Positions 61,532 to 64,000 of a stretch of DNA of 64,000 nucleotides are shown here, in pieces. The stretch comes from an uncultured Candidatus Entotheonella sp. Lineage in GTDB: Bacteria > Tectomicrobia > Entotheonellia > Entotheonellales > Entotheonellaceae. Each line of letters opens with the position of its first letter. Position 1 is the first letter of the stretch. A model generated the notes under the pieces. It saw only the letters and a program-made list of their open reading frames with translations. It ran no database searches and was not told the origin of the DNA. The stretch lies in NCBI GenBank assembly GCA_965215335.1, contig CBDCDA010000001.1, positions 768,001 to 832,000 of the forward strand, written 5' to 3'. The position numbers were made by a program, and so were the translations under genes.

Positions 61532-62512
61532 TCAGCCGTACTTCTTCATGTATGCGTCGTGGATCCAGCGATAGGTACGCTCCATGCCGTCCTGTAGCCG
61601 GATTGATGGCTCCCATCCGAGCTCTCGAAGGATCATCTTGTTGTCGCTGTTACGACCCTTCACGCCCTTGGGAGCATCGAGTTTGTAACGCCTGTTGAGC
61701 TTCACGCCGGCGATGTCCTCGATGACGTCAACGAGCCCATCGATGGTCGTCAGTTCGCTCGAACCGAGGTTGATGGGCTCCAGAATGTCGCTGTGCATGA
61801 TGTCCTGAGTGCCCTTCAGGCAGTCGTCGATGTACATGAATGATCGGGTCTGCTTGCCGTCGCCCCAGATCTCGATATCGAGGTTGCCGGTACACTTGGC
61901 ATGGAGCACCTTACGACAAATCGCGGCGGGTGCCTTCTCACGGCCGCCCTCCCAGATGCCGAACGGGCCATACACGTTGTGGTAGCGGGCCACCCGGGTG
62001 CGCAGCCCGAAGTCCTCCCGGAAATGGCGGCACATTCGCTCGGAGAACAACTTCTCCCAACCGTAGCCGTCCTCAGGCATGGCAGGGTAGGCATCGGCCT
62101 CCCGCAGGGCTACCACGTCCCCACTCCTCTGCTTGTCCCCATTATAGACGCATGCGGATGAGGCGTAGAAAAACGACTTTAACCCACGCTCCTTGGCTGC
62201 CAGTATCATGTGCGTGTTGGTCAGGACCGAAAGCATGCACAGGGTTTTGTTGTTCTCGATGAAGCCCATGCCTCCCATGTCGGCGGCGAGTTGGTAGCAC
62301 TCGTCCATGCCGTCGCAGACCGCCATGCAAGATGCAATATCCTGAAGATCCAAGACGACGTTCTCGGCATTCTCGTGGATCTGGCACCAATCCCTCATGG
62401 GCTTGCGATCCACACAGCGGACTTGCTGGCCCCTCGCCAGTAATGCCCCGACGAGATGCCCGCCGATGAATCCGCCACCGCCCGTGACTACTACACTCCG
62501 CCGTTTATCCAT
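61532..62512 (-). CDS. NAD-dependent epimerase, GDP-mannose 3,5-epimerase-like
   Basis: TGGGGFIG, LAADMGGMGFI, YASSACVY, YGWEK, HNVYGP..W.GGREKAPAAICRK. Confidence 0.9.
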   Translation of the reverse strand: MDKRRSVVVTGGGGFIGGHLVGALLARGQQVRCVDRKPMRDWCQIHENAENVVLDLQDIASCMAVCDGMDECYQLAADMGGMGFIENNKTLCMLSVLTNTHMILAAKERGLKSFFYASSACVYNGDKQRSGDVVALREADAYPAMPEDGYGWEKLFSERMCRHFREDFGLRTRVARYHNVYGPFGIWEGGREKAPAAICRKVLHAKCTGNLDIEIWGDGKQTRSFMYIDDCLKGTQDIMHSDILEPINLGSSELTTIDGLVDVIEDIAGVKLNRRYKLDAPKGVKGRNSDNKMILRELGWEPSIRLQDGMERTYRWIHDAYMKKYG

Positions 62513-62531
62513 TCTTCAGCTTGGCCCCCAA

Positions 62532-63513
62532 CAATACTCCGAACGGTTTTGACAGCCAAGCAGCCGGCACGGGTTCCCCAATTCCATAGTTGTGTCAGCC
62601 CACGCAACCAAGGAATGGAGGTGTCCCCTGCGACTGCTTCAAAGTGTACTGCCGACCTTGGCCCAAACCAAAGAAACCGCAATGCAAATTCATCGCCCAT
62701 CTGTTGGGACTTCTACTGAGCGGCCATGCCACGTTTCGCAATCTCAGCCGCTACAGTCCATATCACGAGCGCGCGGGTACGACCGACCCTTCGACTTCGT
62801 CTCACTCAACGCGGCGATTACCCGGATCATCGCACCCGAGCACCAACAGGCTCTGGTCATCAATGCCTGGCTGGCGCAATTGCAAGGCGTGGCCTGTGGC
62901 CACCAACTCCATCATCTACGCTATGTGATCACAGATGGCTATTTACAGCAAACGTAGCCTTGGGGCTGCATCAGATTGGCAAGCAAGGACCGGGGCGCCC
63001 AAGACCCGGACCCAAGACCCCTATGACGGCAAGGTTCATTGGGACGACCTGTCACGCCTTGAGCGTGTGCCGAGCGAAGACGACGCCGTCGTGCTCTATC
63101 ACCATGTCCTCAGCCACGTGCATCTTCGGCACAATCTGCGTGTCGTCCTTGTGGTGGACAGCCGCAGCCACCGGCAAGCGGTGCTGTTCAGCACCGAAAG
63201 AGACGCCAAGCAGTTTACGTCTCTGAGTGCCTGTCAAGCGCGCTCCCAAGCCAAGCTGCATGTTCACTTCAATGCGAGCCTGAGCGCTCTGACCTTGGGC
63301 AAACTGGAAGCTCGGCAGCAAAGCGGTGGTAGCGAGGCAGGGTTTTCCATGGCGAGTGTCAAACGGCGCGCTTTCAACCAACACCTGCTTGAGCGAATTT
63401 CTCAGCATCTAGCCGAAGGGCATAGCCTGGAAAAATCCAGCCCCGAATACCAAGACCTTTGCAACTATGGCACGATCACTGACAGGGCGGCCTAAATTCT
63501 GTCCGACCTATTG
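62532..63513 (+). mobile_element. Internally deleted copy of the 55936-57261 element
   Basis: Same ends and near-identical 3' region, several deletions, no flanking duplication. Confidence 0.88.
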
Positions 63514-63563
63514 GAATATTATATAGCAACGATTCTGCAAAACAAGGGCTTGTGCGAGCAGGG

Positions 63564-64000
63564 CAGGGTAAGCGCATATGAGGATTGCCCAGCGTTCTGA
63601 TTCAGGTTATGCAGAGTCATCGCGTGTCAGGACACTCAACCTGGAGAAGAACTGGGCATGGAAAAACTCGCATCGTCCCGACTCCTGGATCACTTTGCCT
63701 CGGTCAGTGATCCGCGCGGCCCCAACATCCGACACTCCTTGTTTGACATCTTCGTGATTGCCCTATGTGCCGTTATCAGCGGCGCCGAGGGCTGGGAAGA
63801 TATGGAGGAGTATGGTCAGGCTCAGGCCGATTGGCTCCAAGAGTTTCTCGACCTGCCCCATGGCATTCCCTCACCCGACACCTTTCGTCGCGTGCTCTCT
63901 CGGCTTCAGCCGGAAGAACTCACCCAGTGCTTTATCAACTGGACGGACAGCCTGCGCGGGTCGCTCGCTGGAGAGATTGTCGCCATGGATGGCAAGACCT
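63564..64000 (+). mobile_element. ISAs1 family element, 5' part (runs off the window); transposase starts at 63658
   Basis: IR CAGGGTAAGCGCATATG; MEKLASSRLLDHFASVSDPRG...HGIPSPDTFRRV. Confidence 0.92.

Noticed and set aside
1..64000. Naming the host taxon (gene content recalls sponge-associated bacteria)
   Set aside because: No phylogenetic marker is assessable by eye; this needs a database search.

Overview
High-GC bacterial window dominated by a large mosaic surface-polysaccharide region (about 8.3-62.5 kb). It holds nine glycosyltransferase genes, two intact Wzx-like flippases plus a remnant of a third, two Wzy-like polymerases, a Wzz-like protein, a sulfotransferase, an AsnB-type amidotransferase, an oxidoreductase/DegT pair, an ATP-grasp enzyme and a GDP-mannose 3,5-epimerase-like enzyme. 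An intact pqqBCDE + ABC-transporter operon sits in the middle with no visible pqqA, and two paralogous AAA-ATPase/PD-(D/E)XK nuclease genes lie in the left part. The left end has housekeeping genes (IS-split aldo/keto reductase, MFS, panE, hydrolase, cupin, truncated hisG) and a decayed restriction-modification locus. About 18 IS elements or remnants (IS5/IS427, IS5, ISAzo13, IS481, IS66, IS630, IS701/IS4-like, ISAs1) are present, many nested, chained or internally deleted; they make up roughly two thirds of 44.4-64 kb. The erosion pattern suggests a host-associated lineage (inference only). I found no rRNA, tRNA or CRISPR array. I cannot establish a new system from sequence alone. The best candidates are the AAA/nuclease paralogs at glycan-cassette junctions, the palindromic repeats bracketing an unusual Wzy-like gene, and the pqqA-less pqq operon. 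Family assignments come from motif recognition, not database searches.
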